Assembly: GCA_043228905.1 (NCBI GenBank)
Contig: JBHGNT010000012.1
Coordinates: 7,874,001-7,938,000, forward strand
Direction of reading: 5' to 3'
DNA: 64,000 nucleotides
Source: Azolla caroliniana
Lineage: Eukaryota > Plantae > Polypodiophyta
Part shown: one piece after another, positions 1 to 12,925 of the stretch
How positions within the stretch are numbered: the stretch's first letter is position 1
Layout of the letters: each line of letters begins with the position of its first letter
Made by a program: the position numbers and the translations under genes
Notes under the pieces: model-generated
Told to the model about the DNA's origin: nothing
What the model saw: only the letters and a program-made list of their open reading frames with translations
Database searches by the model: none

Positions 1-895
1 TTTGTATTAATTTATTCCGAACATAAAAGATAGGTTTTGTTCACTTTATGCTTGGCTAGCTTTATTTTCTAATTTGAAAACGTAATTGAAGCACGGGACA
101 ATGACTTGTCAGAGTGCATATTATATATATGTATCCTTTCAACTTCTACGCTCAAGGGCATTACCATCAAACATATATAGCGTGTATCTATCAATGCTTG
201 TGTTTTGCTTCCAGTTTATTCTTGTTTAGCTTTGTTGAATGTCAGAAGTTAAGCAAGTAGGAGTATGGAGAAAGGATTGGTCATGGTAGATTGGTCTCCT
301 TTAAGTATTTTGTTTTTGGTTTAGTTCATGATTTCTTGGCTCTGTTCACGTTATTGAAACCTCTGAATAGAGATTGGATGACGTGAGCTGTTAGAGTTCA
401 TATGGTTTGCCTCCTTTAACTCTTAATTTTCCTATGCATGGCTAGATTTTTATTTATTTTTGCTGCCTCTCTGAATAGAGGCATGAGAGAATGACTAGTC
501 AGGATAAATATGATAATCTCTTGAAATATTTAGTTCTGGTCATTGTTAGGCTTGGTGAATTTTGTGCACTTCATTGCATATATGAATTTTAACCAATTAG
601 ACTATGGGGAAATGACCAGTAAATGCCTGTTTTAAGCTCATGTAATATGTGTCTTATAACTTTTAGTGTTCATGCTTGGGCTTGCTTTTTTACTTTTATA
701 TATGAAGTTAAGAAATAGGAGAATGACGAATTGTTGGTCAGGGTAGATATAATTTCTCTTTTAATTCTTATTTTTAAGGGGATTCATCTCAAACGTAGGT
801 GTTTTTTCCTCTTTACCTTGTACATATGATATGCCTCCTTTAACTTTTATATTTGGTCCTGATTTAAGAGCTTTTTGAACATATTTTGGGTACAG

Positions 896-3800
896 GTTCC
901 GTATCCAAAGTGACAAGGGAATTGCAGTATGCAGTGTACATCCATCAGAACCTGCAACTCTTCAATGCTTGGGATGCATAAAGGCAAAGACAATCAGCAA
1001 AAGCTATCATTGTTCTCCAGAATGTTTCGCTGATTCATGGCGGCAACATAGATCATTGCATGCTCGTGCAGCTAATGCCATTCAGGAGAATGGACCTGAA
1101 GAAGAAGAGCTTTTTGGGGGCTTTAATGGCGGTGGATCTGTAAATTCATCTGTTGGTGGATCAACGTTTCTAGGGTTAAGCAATGGATCTATACCAATTC
1201 TTGTATCGGATCGTGGCGGAAGTGGTGAAACATGGTATGAAGTTGGACGGCACAGAACATATACACCATCAGCTGATGATGTTGGCCATGTTTTGAAATT
1301 TGAGTGTAGTGCAATAGATTCCAGTAGTGGCCAGGCTGTATCCCCAGCAAACACTCTTCTAACTGCAAGAGTGATTCCTGCACCTTCTCCTACACCAAGA
1401 CGAATGGTTCCTCTGAGCTTTATAGATGGATTGTCAGGGCAAGAATCTGAGAACCATACTTCAGCACCTGGGACATTTACTGTTCTATCATATAACGTGT
1501 TATCAGATCTTTATGCCACAAGCGATATGTATAGCTATTGTCCTCCTTGGGCTTTATCTTGGGCTTACAGGAGACAGAATTTGCTACGAGAAATTGTTGG
1601 GTACAAGGCAGACATCTTATGTCTCCAAGAGGTGAGTGAATTTTATCTGAAAAAACAGATATCGCTGTTGTGTGAATTAAAATTTACATAGCATGCACAG
1701 GTACTTTATATCTCTATTGTGTGAATTAATTAACCTAGCATTCACAAGTGCTTTGGTTCTTACAGGTCCAGAGTGATCATTATGAAGAATTTTTTTCACC
1801 AGAGCTAGATAAACATGGATATTTTGGTGTCTACAAGAAGAAAACTACAGAGGTAAATGAGCCAGAGATGTGAATTCATTTTAAAAATCTATGTTTGCAT
1901 GGATTAGATCAAAGTTTATCATAAATAAGTGCAGCTTCTAATGAAGCCAAGGTAATGCCTGAATTGAAGGGTACACATTTGCCTTATTAGCAACCATTAC
2001 AATCAAATGATGAGGAGATAAAACACACTCATATTTTGGGCAGTTGTTGGCTCGAGAGGATAATAAACACTAAACTTGCGCATAACAGACAATCTGAGAA
2101 CAATGGAGTGGAAAACAAATTATCTATATATGTGGATACTGCAAATTGTGTATACGAAAGAAAGTTTTCTTTGTTTTCCTTCACAATGCACATTTTCATT
2201 ACAATTCAGATCACATGACATCTATATGCAGTATAGAGCAATGATTCATTTAAAGGAATTGTGACTACTCTCTGAGGCTCCAATTGTGGTACTGTTTTAA
2301 AAAACCATTCAAATATGGAGATGAAGGAAACTTATTATTTTATATGAGATTTTGACTGAACGCCCCTTCAAAGGGTTCTGTGCTGGTTTCTTACATAGAC
2401 AGAGAAGATTCATGAGCATTAATAATTTATGAGTACGTCTTGTTTTTGCTAGAAAACTTTTTGGCCATGATTTAGTGAGTCTTTACAACTGGGCATCATG
2501 GAGGTGAATACTTTTTTATTCAATTTTCTTTTACTATAAGGTTTCATTTTATTCACTATCTGTTTCACTACTTTTGGTAATTTTAGTTTACTTCCATATT
2601 TATAACATCAATATTCTGTAAATGAAGTAATGAGAACATTAATGGAATAATGGGACAAAAGCAATCAAACTAGTGAGGGTGGCTTCTGAAGCGCCGAGGA
2701 ATTAGTTGTGCAACCATTATTTTGTAATACTACATGTAAAATGCAATCACTATCTTTTGGTAGTTCAATTGCACTATTTTTCGTAATGTCAAACTCTGGT
2801 GGATGAGGTAACAATAGCATCAATGGGATGATAAGACAAAAACAATGAAACTGTTGAGGTTGGCTTCCTTCTATATTGTCGAGGAAATTGCAGTATTAAA
2901 CATGATCATGTAAGAATAGATATCCTGACAGTTGGTTCACGTTACTTAGTTACAATTTTACAAATTTTCAGTCACAAACGTTGCATAGTTTTACATGGTA
3001 ATTATGCGATTATAAAGATTGAATGATTTATGCCTTTTCATTTTCTTACCTTAATAGCCTCGAAAAGGGTAGGTCTTCAAATTTTTTATTTACAAAATAC
3101 TTGCTGTTTACTAAACTTGTGATTTCATTTGCAGCTATATACTGGCACTGCATATGCTTATGATGGATGTGCTACCTTTTTCCGCAGAGATTGCTTCACT
3201 TTGGTGAAAAAATATGAAGTAAAATTTGCTTTTTCCTTTCGTACGTCTCTTCTTTTACACAGCCTTGAAAGTAGTAAATAATGTAGAAATGTTTGTTCTT
3301 TTATAATTTCAGGTTGAATTCAACAAAGCAGCACAGTCATTGACAGAATCTGCTATTCCTCAAGCCCAAAAGAAGGCAGCCTTAAGCCGGCTTTTGAAGG
3401 TACTGTCTTTGGGAGAAAAGAATTTCCAAATTTTACAGAAATTTGATCTCTTGTTATGTCAATTATTGCATGGAAATGCGGCCAATTTACACATTCTACT
3501 GAAATTTGATCTCTAATGATCTCTATTACTGCAGGACAATGTTGCTCTCATTGTAGTACTTGAAGCTCGTGATTCGGGTCATAGTTCTGAGGGCTCTGCT
3601 CCAGGAAAGCGTCAATTACTTTGTGTGGTGAGCTTTTTGAATCTTTCTTTCTTTTGTCTGATACTATATGGGAGGCAGCTTAAAAAACCCACCTATAAAT
3701 GAAAGATTATGTGAAGATTATAAAAAGAATATCAAGTTTGAATTTTATAACTGTGATATTTTTGTTTTATCCTAGAAAGTGGGATCAAATTCTAGTGTAG

Positions 3801-6592
3801 GCTCAGGAAGTTGAAAGCCCACTCAAGTTGTGTAGTTCAGAGTTCATATGAAATTCTAATATATGTAGCTTGACACTAATGTGTAGATTCAATTACCGAT
3901 CGTAACTATTTGAGCACAATGTGCTCGAAAGACAATTTCAGTTCAGAGTTATTATATTTTCTCTTTTCACTTTTTGTTTATCCTCTGGCACGTGCCATCA
4001 ATTCTAATAGAATAATATAGCATGGAGCAATAGAGCCAGAGTATATGGAAAATCAGTTTCTTAGCCAATATTTCTCTACAAATAAATATTTATTTCATCA
4101 TATAATGTTTTGGAAGTTAGTGAAAAAGAGGAGTTAGGTTGCTTGAAATAGCAATTGTTGAGCTCAGGCAAAAACTGTGTCAGTGTGTTTTGGCCCAGAT
4201 TTCCTAAGGCTAGACAATTTCAGTTCAGAATTATTGTATTTTCTCTTTTCACTTTTTGTTTCTTCTCTGGCACGTGCCTTCAATTCTAGACATATGATGT
4301 TTTGCAAGTTAATGAAAAAGAGGAGTTAGGTTGCTTGAAATAGCAATTGTTGAGCTCAGGCAAAAACTGTGTCAATGTGTTTTTGGCACAGATTTCCTAA
4401 GGCTAGACAATTTCAGTTCAGAATTATTATATTTTCTCTTTTCACTTTATGTTTCTTCTCTGGCACGTGCCTTCAATTTTAGACATATGATGTTTTGCAA
4501 GTTAGTGAATAAAAGGAGTTAGGTTGCTTGAAATAGCAATTGTTGAGCTCAGGCAAAAACTGTGTCAGTGTGTTTTGGCCCAGATTTCCTTAGGCTAGAC
4601 ATGTTCGTCTATAGTTTTGGAACAATTAGGCGTGTGTTCCTCTGTCAATATTTTTAAAGCAACATGTCAGTTTTTCCACAAAATCCATAAAGTCAAAATT
4701 TTCATAAATAGATTAGTACCAGTAACGGGAAACAAATTACCAGATTGAGCATAGAAAAGGATGTGCATTAAGGTGATTGCATGATACGTTACTGCAAATT
4801 TGAAATATAATCACTCTATAATGAATTTGTGGCAACAAGCATCGCTGGGAACAGGTGAAAAAGGAAAATGTTTCACCCATCATGTAGACCCCTTCTAGTG
4901 GAACGTTTTGCACCATTGATTCAATTATTTAAATGCTCATATAGCGAGAATGGAGGATTTGTGATAATCACATGGTGTCATATCAAACATATAAACCAAT
5001 ATTTCAAAGGTTTTATACCTCAAGATCCGGTTCTCATTGATTGCATTATGTGAAAGTCTATATTCCCAGGCTTAAAATGTAAATTCGAGAAATCTCACAA
5101 CACCTTGCTCATTGTACTTCTCCCTTTTTCTCTATTTTGATTTAGAAATCCTTTTCTTACTAGTTTTAAAATACTATATTCTTATTAGTTTTAGTTTATT
5201 AATTTGGAAATCCTTTTCTTACTAGTTTAATATTGAATTTCCTATTTGGTCTCAATGCCTGGGCTTGAGTTCTGTGAAATATTTTGCAGAGAGTTTGACC
5301 ATATGAATTGAGTAGACTTTAGTTTTGGGATTCATGGTTTTCATATTCAAGAATCTCTATGATGCATTTATATGAAGTATACTGTTGTGCATGCACATAT
5401 CAATATTTCTTTCTCTGTAATGGAAGTTTTTTTCTGGTAATAATAGGTTTTTATTTGGGTTAAATTTGCCTAATGCTAATCGCAGGCAAATACTCACATT
5501 CATGCGAACCCAGAACTGAAGGATGTAAAGTTATGGCAGGTTAGATGGTTTTTTCTCATATTTGAAGCTGGTCATTGAATTTTGTAATCATTCTTTTTAT
5601 TATTATTCTGTCTAGGTCCAAACACTTCTCAAAGGACTGGAAAAAATTGCTGCCAGTGCTGACATACCCATGTTAGTTTGTGGCGATTTCAATTCTGTTC
5701 CGGGAAGGTTGTGAAATTTTAGTGCGTTTTTGGCAAGCGTTTTCATTTTGAAGTGCTCAAAATTGTGATTCTTTGAATTGAAACTGATATTGAGATTTGT
5801 GCTTTTTTATGATGATGGATGGCTGGAGCAGTGCACCTCATGTTCTTTTAACATCTGGAAGAGTAGAAGCGTCTCATCCAGATTTGGCAACTGATCCTCT
5901 CGGCATTCTACATCCGACGAGTAGGCTATGCCATCAACTACAGCTGGTAAGTTTCCTACTCTGTCCAATGTGACAAATAAACATGTCATTGAAAGTAGAT
6001 GAGCGTCACCTCCTAACATCGTCGCCTTCATAGCACAACATGTGCCTTCCATTTATAATAGAGTAGCTCTTGCTTTGTTGGTCTATTAGCTATAGTGGAG
6101 TGTATGTTCACTCCACCACAAAGGGGTCACGTTTCTGAAACCTAAGCTTTTAATTCCTGTCCTAATCAACAATTATATATATATTGACTTCATAGTTTAC
6201 ACTGTGATGCAGGTTAGTGCCTACTCTTCCTTTGGTCGACTAGATCGACAACGTCGACGGTTGGACCCAGCTAGCAATGAACCATTGTTTACCAACTGTA
6301 CCCGTGATTTCTTAGGAACTTTAGATTACATCTTTTATACTGGTATTGAGCTTACAATACAATCTATTAAAATAATACCCAGTTCTTTGAGATCAATTAC
6401 TTATTGATAAAAACGTGAATGCTCATTTGTTTGATTTCTTCTCCAGCTGACTCATTAACTGTGGAGTCATTGTTGGAATTGCTTGATGAAGAGAGCTTGC
6501 GAAGAGATACAGCTCTTCCATCACCAGAGTGGTCATCTGATCATATTGCACTGCTTGCACAATTTCGATATAAGCCGAGATCAATGCGCTAA
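896..6592 (+). CDS. CCR4: CCR4-type deadenylase (carbon catabolite repressor 4 homolog, EEP nuclease); 5'-partial, 10 exons visible
   Basis: Exons with GT-AG borders join in frame: 896-1631, 1766-1852, 3135-3218, 3313-3399, 3535-3627, 5486-5539, 5616-5707, 5832-5946, 6213-6342, 6447-6592 (TAA). Motifs: N-terminal Cys/His region CSVHPSEPATLQCLGC..YHCSPECF, SYNVL, LCLQE, ANTH, CGDFNS, TLDYIFY, SSDHIAL. The start exon(s) lie upstream of the window. Confidence 0.95.
3930..4600. repeat. Intronic ~192-bp tandem repeat (~2.5 copies plus an upstream partial copy)
   Basis: The unit GGAGTTAGGTTGCTTGAAATAGCAATTGTTGAGCTCAGGCAAAAACTGTG...GACAATTTCAGTTCAG...GGCACGTGCC recurs at ~4130, ~4322 and ~4515, with a partial copy at ~3930-4010. 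Confidence 0.85.
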
Positions 6593-8850
6593 GATAGGAG
6601 CTAAAAAAGGGCCAAGCATCAAAAGCTCCAGTGGACAACATGATTGATGAATGTGAAGTTTTTTGGATTTCATTTGCAAAAACCTCCCAGTTACGATGGC
6701 TAGATGGATGGGTGTATTCTATGCTTGATGGTGAATGGGACCATGACCAATTTGCATGTATCAACATGGTCAATAGATTATGTACCATGGCTCATCCTTC
6801 CTTCTGGCTCTTCACCATCATATTCTCCTCCAAATGGTGGGCATAAGCTTCGGATGGTCTAGGGAAGCATTGCAGATTATTGGGTCGGGTGTAAATTTGA
6901 TAGTCTTAGGTATCACGGGCCATCATAAATGAGTGTGAAAGAGAGAGGGAAGAGAGGGCTGTGGTGATATATGCCACAATGCCACTTTACCAATAAGCTT
7001 TGGAAAAAAAAAACTGTTTCTTGCTAGTTGAGACCATGTACCCACGACAACATGTCACCCTTTGTAAAGGGTTTATTTTTCTTTTTTCATAGAAATCTCA
7101 GCCTTTTTCTCTTATCCCAAAGGTAGGTAGTTAGTAATTGGCTTGTACCTTTTTTCTTCTTTTATTTTCTTTTCCCTGTGTGCATATTTGTGTGCACTAG
7201 GTCCTTTTCTCATTGAAACAATTTTTGGAAAGAGAAGTTAGTTATAGTTGGTTAATCACACACAAAGGGTCTCAATAGACCGAACTTTTTTCTCTCTTTT
7301 TCTCTTTTCAGGTATTAGATATGCATTCTAATCCAGATTGTGTTGACACATTCATTGTGACATTTCGAACATGATGTTGATTATGGTTATACATATATGT
7401 CTCTGATTTCAATGTATATATATACCTACATTGATGATTTCTGTTAGGGCATTATAGGATTGAAAGCAAGCTGAGTGAAGATGGAAAAAACAAAGTTGGT
7501 AATTATGGGAAGGTAATACTTATTTGATATGTACTTCCAGAATACCCACATATATATTATATGTTTGTGTTTGTATAGATATACTTGTCCGTGTTATATA
7601 TGCAATCCAGTCTCTCACATGTATATACATGAGAATTTGAGTGCATTAGATTATGCAGGGTGTATTCAAGGAATGTGGTTTCTGGCTGCATATTATTGTC
7701 ATAACGATGAACATGTGGTGTTGATTTTTTTTCTCTTAATGGATCAAATTGGCATTTGAAGTTCATTAGAATGATTGTTTTGGATTAAGGTAAAACTTGT
7801 ATCACAAATTTAAAATACATGTGAGAATGAACTCGGTGGTTGATGTTGGTAGCTACAATTGCAGCTTGGTTCAATTTGGTGTGAATCTGCTTGCAAAGCA
7901 ACACATAGATCATCAGTAGTAAAGGTGTTTTTTTATATACGTTATATCCCTTCATGACTATTTAAAATTTCCTTACTGCCACTATTTTGGCTTAATTTTG
8001 CCTTGGCATATGACTTCAGTATTTTGTCAAGACAATATCAACCAGTTCCTTATTGTCACAATTATAGCATGTGATGTGAATGGCACCAACTAGATACATC
8101 ATTGGAGTCGCAACAAAAGTTTGTGGCATCTCAATGCACAACTATCACCCATTTGGATTAGATTTAGTCTTGCCCAACCTTACATAGTTTAAATGTCTTT
8201 GTCTATGTGGTGTTTTGAATCTTGATTTTGATAAATTATGTAAGTTAATTGGATTGTCATTATGTGAAGGAAATGTGCATATGTGGGTTCAAGGAAACAA
8301 AGATTGGATCACAATTGACCATTGATGGTTTGGAGAATAGAGATTTTATCATTGAGCACAAATAAGCAACTATTGCATTATGGTTTATCTCTCAATTTGA
8401 AGTCCCAATAGAAGAGCCTTGTCACATACGCTTAGGTACAAATTGTATATGTGATTCTCAAGTAACCATTAAATGAAACTTAAAAACACCCATCTAACCA
8501 CATGACATGCAAAGAAATTTTATTGTGCCTTTTGAAACTATAAGACATTGTTGCCAAAGATCATGTTGTATGATTTACAACTATAAAAATACTACAACTA
8601 ACATTAATGTACCAAATCAAACATTGTTTCCATATTCTACACTTCTTCTATCAAATAACATCCAAATCGCAATTGCCACTAGCGATGTTAAAAACAATAA
8701 GGAAGTCACACAATGGATCACGCATCACAAATGTAGACGAAGTTTTCATACAAAAAAAGAATATTTTGATTGGCCCTTCAAGAATAGTGTGAAATGCATC
8801 GCCCCACACAATGTGGGTTTAAGATATTCATGTAAGAACTTAAAAATTGG

Positions 8851-9046
8851 CACCCGATTGCCCCTGGGCGAAGGGATCGAGATAGACATGAGCCTCGATC
8901 GGCGTCCCAACCACTGCTGTGGCATCAAGTTGTACCTAGTACTGGCGCGCTTGCTACAAGAGTTTGATCACCATGAGGCTAGAGTCTCGACGTAGTCAAA
9001 TGATCAAATGAGGGTAGTTAGGCCTAATATTTATAGCCAGACCTAA
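8851..9046 (-). mobile_element. Fragment of chromovirus LTR (same family as 25142-32169), inverted relative to the adjacent integrase
   Basis: Aligns by eye with ~25230-25430 (GCGAAGGGATCGAG..GAGCCTCGATCGGCGTCCCA..AGAGTCTCGA..GGCCT..ATTTATAGC) and is the reverse complement of ~12239-12440. Confidence 0.85.
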
Positions 9047-12000
9047 ATGTCACCAATGTCGGGTTAACAAAGTCGTGTGACTTACAATTGTTGGACTTTT
9101 ACATCACTTGGAAATTCCCAACAATAAGTGGGAAAGTATATCCATGGATTTTATTGTTAGCCTTCCTCGCACCCAAAAAGGCCATGATGTCATCTGGGTT
9201 ATGGTTGATAGACTAACTAAAATGGTCATATTTATTGTGACTAAAACCACGGTAACAACTCCTGTCCCTTTATATTCGCCACCATTGTCGGTTTGGACAT
9301 CCTTTAGCTTCCGACCCGACTCTCGTTCAGTTCTTGCTTGGAACTCCTTGACTTCAGTATGAAGGCCCATGTCTTCCGACTATGGTCGTCAATAAATGTC
9401 ACGAAGTACTGTCCACCTCGATGCGATGGAGCATCTACATAGCACACGTCTGTGTGTACTAGTTCTAGTGCAACTTCTCTTCTTCTCGGTGGTCTTATGT
9501 GGAATGCAGTCATGTTCTGCTTTCCGACTAAGGAGTTGTCGACACACTTCTCCAAGTGTACTCCTTTCACTTCTGGGAGAAGTTCCTGGTCGGCCAGGAT
9601 GTGCATTCCTTCTTCGCTCATGTGGCCTAGCCTCTTAATATGCCATTACTCTCCACTCGAGTTGGCTGCCACATTCACTTCCGACTTTCACAGTCGGGCA
9701 TGCATCATATACAATGTGCCCTCCTTCTGTGCTCCTGCCACTATGAGGTTTCCACGACAGAACTTCCATTTGCCGTTTCGGAAGCTACCACTGTAGCCTT
9801 CGTCGTCCAATCTTCCAATCGATATGATTCAATCTGATATCGGGGACATGTCGAACTACCCTTAACATTAGTCGACAACTAGTCGACGTCGTCAAGCACA
9901 CGCTTCCAATGCCTGCTATCTTGCACTCTCCATGATCTCCCATCTTTACATAACCATGATCACCGGCTATGTAAGTCGAAAAACACTCTCTCGATGGAGT
10001 TATGTGGAATGATGCACCCGAGTCAATTACCTAGGTGCACTCTTCGCTTGCAAGATTTGTGCTTGCCTGCTTACAAATGAACAAAATCTCCTCTACACTC
10101 ATAGCTACGGTTGATGTGCCCTTTTCATCAGGAATCTTCCTAGATTCAACATTATTGCCGACACTCTTGTCCTCCTTGAGGTGTCAACAGTCCTTCTAAA
10201 AGTGTCTAGGCTTTCCATAATAAAAGCATGTTAGCTTACCTTTGGACTTGGATCTGGCATGTAACTTTTCTCTCCTTGGTGGACTCCTTTGCCGGTTCCT
10301 TCCTCTACTGGTATGTTGAGTCAAATTTGACTCCGACTGGACTAGGACACCCTTGTCCTTCCTTCTATTCTCCTAGTTCAAGATGCTTGTCTTTACCGCT
10401 TGTAAAGACAAGTTCTCTTCCTGACACGAGGTGTTGAGAGTCACCACTAGATTCTCACCAATAGGAGGATGGCCTGCATTGCATCCTCAAGGGGAAACTT
10501 GGTTGCGGCAAGTTGATTTACATACCCCATGAATTTGCTGACGTGCTTGACTATGCTTTCCCCGTCCCAAGTGTATTTCAGCCTCACGATCTTCCTCATC
10601 AGGGATGTTTTGTTGAGGGCGTTCTTCCTCTCATATAAACCTGACAACTTCTGCCACATCTCGTAGGCATTTGTGTCGTTCGCCACATGTTGAAGGACAC
10701 TTACATTGACGCACTGTCTGATGGTGGCCACCGCCTTTCTATTAAGAAGTTTCCATTCCGACTCTAATACCCATGTGGGTATTTCTGCTCTGTCGATTGG
10801 CTCGTACAGGTCTTTGACTATGAGAAGGTCCTCCACCTTCATCTTCCAGTCCACATAGTTCTACGAGTTTAGAACTATCATGCATGGGAAGCCGGTCACA
10901 CCTCCTTCCATCTTCAATCTCATCGCTCTGATACCAGTTTATTGAGATTTGTTCTCTTCAAGTGGTCAGAGAGACTGACTATAAATAGGTAATATCGTGG
11001 AAAAACTAGAAAAACAACAAATACACAGTTTTACGTGGAAACCCTAAACGGAAAAAAACCACGAGAGAACAAATCTTCACTATATAGTGGATATACAAGA
11101 CGACGAGATTACAACATTCTCGTGCCGTAGAGTGTAACAACCTCACAGGGCTCTTGACGTCTAATCTCACACATCTACGACGTCGCTCACTCACACTCAC
11201 TCTCTCTTCTTTGTCGTGCTACACTACAGAGGCTCACACACAATACTGTTCTACACACACTCCCTCTGTTTTCCCTAAGTGTATTTATACTTATACACTG
11301 TATGGGTTATTTACAAATGTAGCCACTACTACTGTCATTCCTATTATAAAAATAATAGTTATTCAACCAACAGGTTGACTAGTCGATTCGACTAGTTGAC
11401 TCAAGTGTCAAATGTCCAGTTGGCCTGGCTAGTTGGTCGTATCTTCGACTTGGACTCTCCTACTATCGACACCCCCAATCAAATCTCCATGTCTTCGATT
11501 GTTGACACTCGGCCCGATAAGTTGGTTGCTCCCATAGGAGGGACATATTCCTAATAGATGTGTGGTTTTCATCCATGAGCTCCGATTGATGTTACCACAC
11601 ATCATGATGAGTTGCGAAGTACGAAAAAATTTCTAAGGGATATGCAAGATATGTTGCAAATTGCACGAGATAATATAAAAATTGCTCAATGCTAAGTTAG
11701 CCCCACGGTTTTGTGGATCTTTCAAAGTCCTCATATGCATTGGTTCTTCAACCTATCGTCTCACACTTCCTAATGGTGTTGAAATCCATCCAGTTTTTCA
11801 TGTAAGTCGTCTTAAAGAACTACTTGGTTCTGGTGATAATATAGTTACAACTAAAACTCTGGTTACTTCTGAAGATTTAGCTTCTAAACCACATGTACCA
11901 GAGCGAATTCTTGATGTTAAAATGAAACATTTACATTCTAAAATAATCCAAGAATTTAAAATTAAATGGAATCATAGATAAATCTATAAAAGGTGTTACA

Positions 12001-12523
12001 TGGGAACGAGAAAACACCATTAAAACTAACTTTTCATAACAAGAGTACAATGTTTTAAAGAGGGGGAGTATGTTACGGGCATGATCATAAATCATCCCAT
12101 GGTAAGATTGTACTGTAGTATTTTATACACGTGGATAAAGTGTGAGGGTTAAACGAGAGTGTAACGAAGGGAGGATTATTTTTAATCCTAGGGATTGAGA
12201 CAACCCATTAAGGCCAAGTGTGAACTTGCTTGGGGGCCTTAGGTCTGGCTATAAATATGAGGCCTAGCTTCCCTTATTTGATACATGGTTGACGATATCG
12301 AGACTTTGATCTTGTGGTGATCAACTCTTGTAGCGCGCGCACTAGCACCAGGTATGACTTGATGCCACAAAGATGGTATGGGATGCCGATCAAGGCTCGA
12401 GTCACTCTCGATCCCTCCGCTCAGGGGTGGTCGGGTGGATCGATACTCTTCTTTCTCTCTCATCTCTTATTATCTATCTATTATTTCCTTATCATATGCT
12501 TACATTAGGATTAAGCTCTAACA
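9047..12523 (+). mobile_element. Degenerate Ty3/gypsy chromovirus 3' half (integrase, chromodomain, PPT, 3' LTR 12071-12523), interrupted by a copia
   Basis: [30 protein letters not shown] (9047-9264) and, after the copia, [36 protein letters not shown] (11557-12060). These match the intact element's pol. PPT AAGAGGGGGAGTA is followed by an LTR TGTTACGGGC...CTCTAACA. Contains stops and deletions. Confidence 0.88.
9265..11556 (-). mobile_element. Truncated Ty1/copia element (5' LTR ~10941-11556, PBS, gag, protease, integrase N-half)
   Basis: PBS tRNA-iMet (GCTCTGATACCA, 10926-10937). Gag DWKMKVEDLLIVKDLYEPI..LLNRKAVATIRQC; protease DSGASFHIT; integrase LELVHTDVC..YFVTFIDDHSRK..TDNGGEYKG, where the element breaks off. 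Multiple stops and frameshifts. Confidence 0.85.
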
Positions 12524-12873
12524 TTTCTAGGGCCAAAATTTCTAATGCTATGATGACTTGAGTAGAATGATACCTTTTCTGACTAATTTATTCTTGGTTT
12601 CATAGGCAATGCATATTTTGACAATTATCTAGAGTGCTAGTAGGTAATACGCAACTTATCGAATTCATTCATGGGATTCTCTTTCATTTCTAAAATCACA
12701 CTTCCTCTTCGTAGTTGATGCTTAAGTTGTTGGTTTCATGACCATTCTTTGGAGAGGGGGCACTCTCCCTTGGTGAAGTTTTGACAAATTTGTTTTATGA
12801 CCAACATATTTTCCTTTTGCAATGTGTATATACACAAGGACATAGGAATGTATCAAATAATCTATGCTACCTT

Positions 12874-12875
12874 GT

Positions 12876-12906
<31 letters not shown>

Positions 12907-12925
12907 CGCACACACGCACGCACAC
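12874..12925. repeat. (CA)n/(CACG)n microsatellite
   Basis: Direct reading. Confidence 0.9.

Noticed and set aside
7800-8850. Possible transposase relic / 162-aa ORF at 8507
   Set aside because: No recognisable motif, and the ORF's 3' end runs into the LTR fragment.
10926-10937. tRNA-Met gene fragments (also 31701, 36531, 63048)
   Set aside because: These are ~12-nt primer-binding sites next to LTRs, not tRNA genes.
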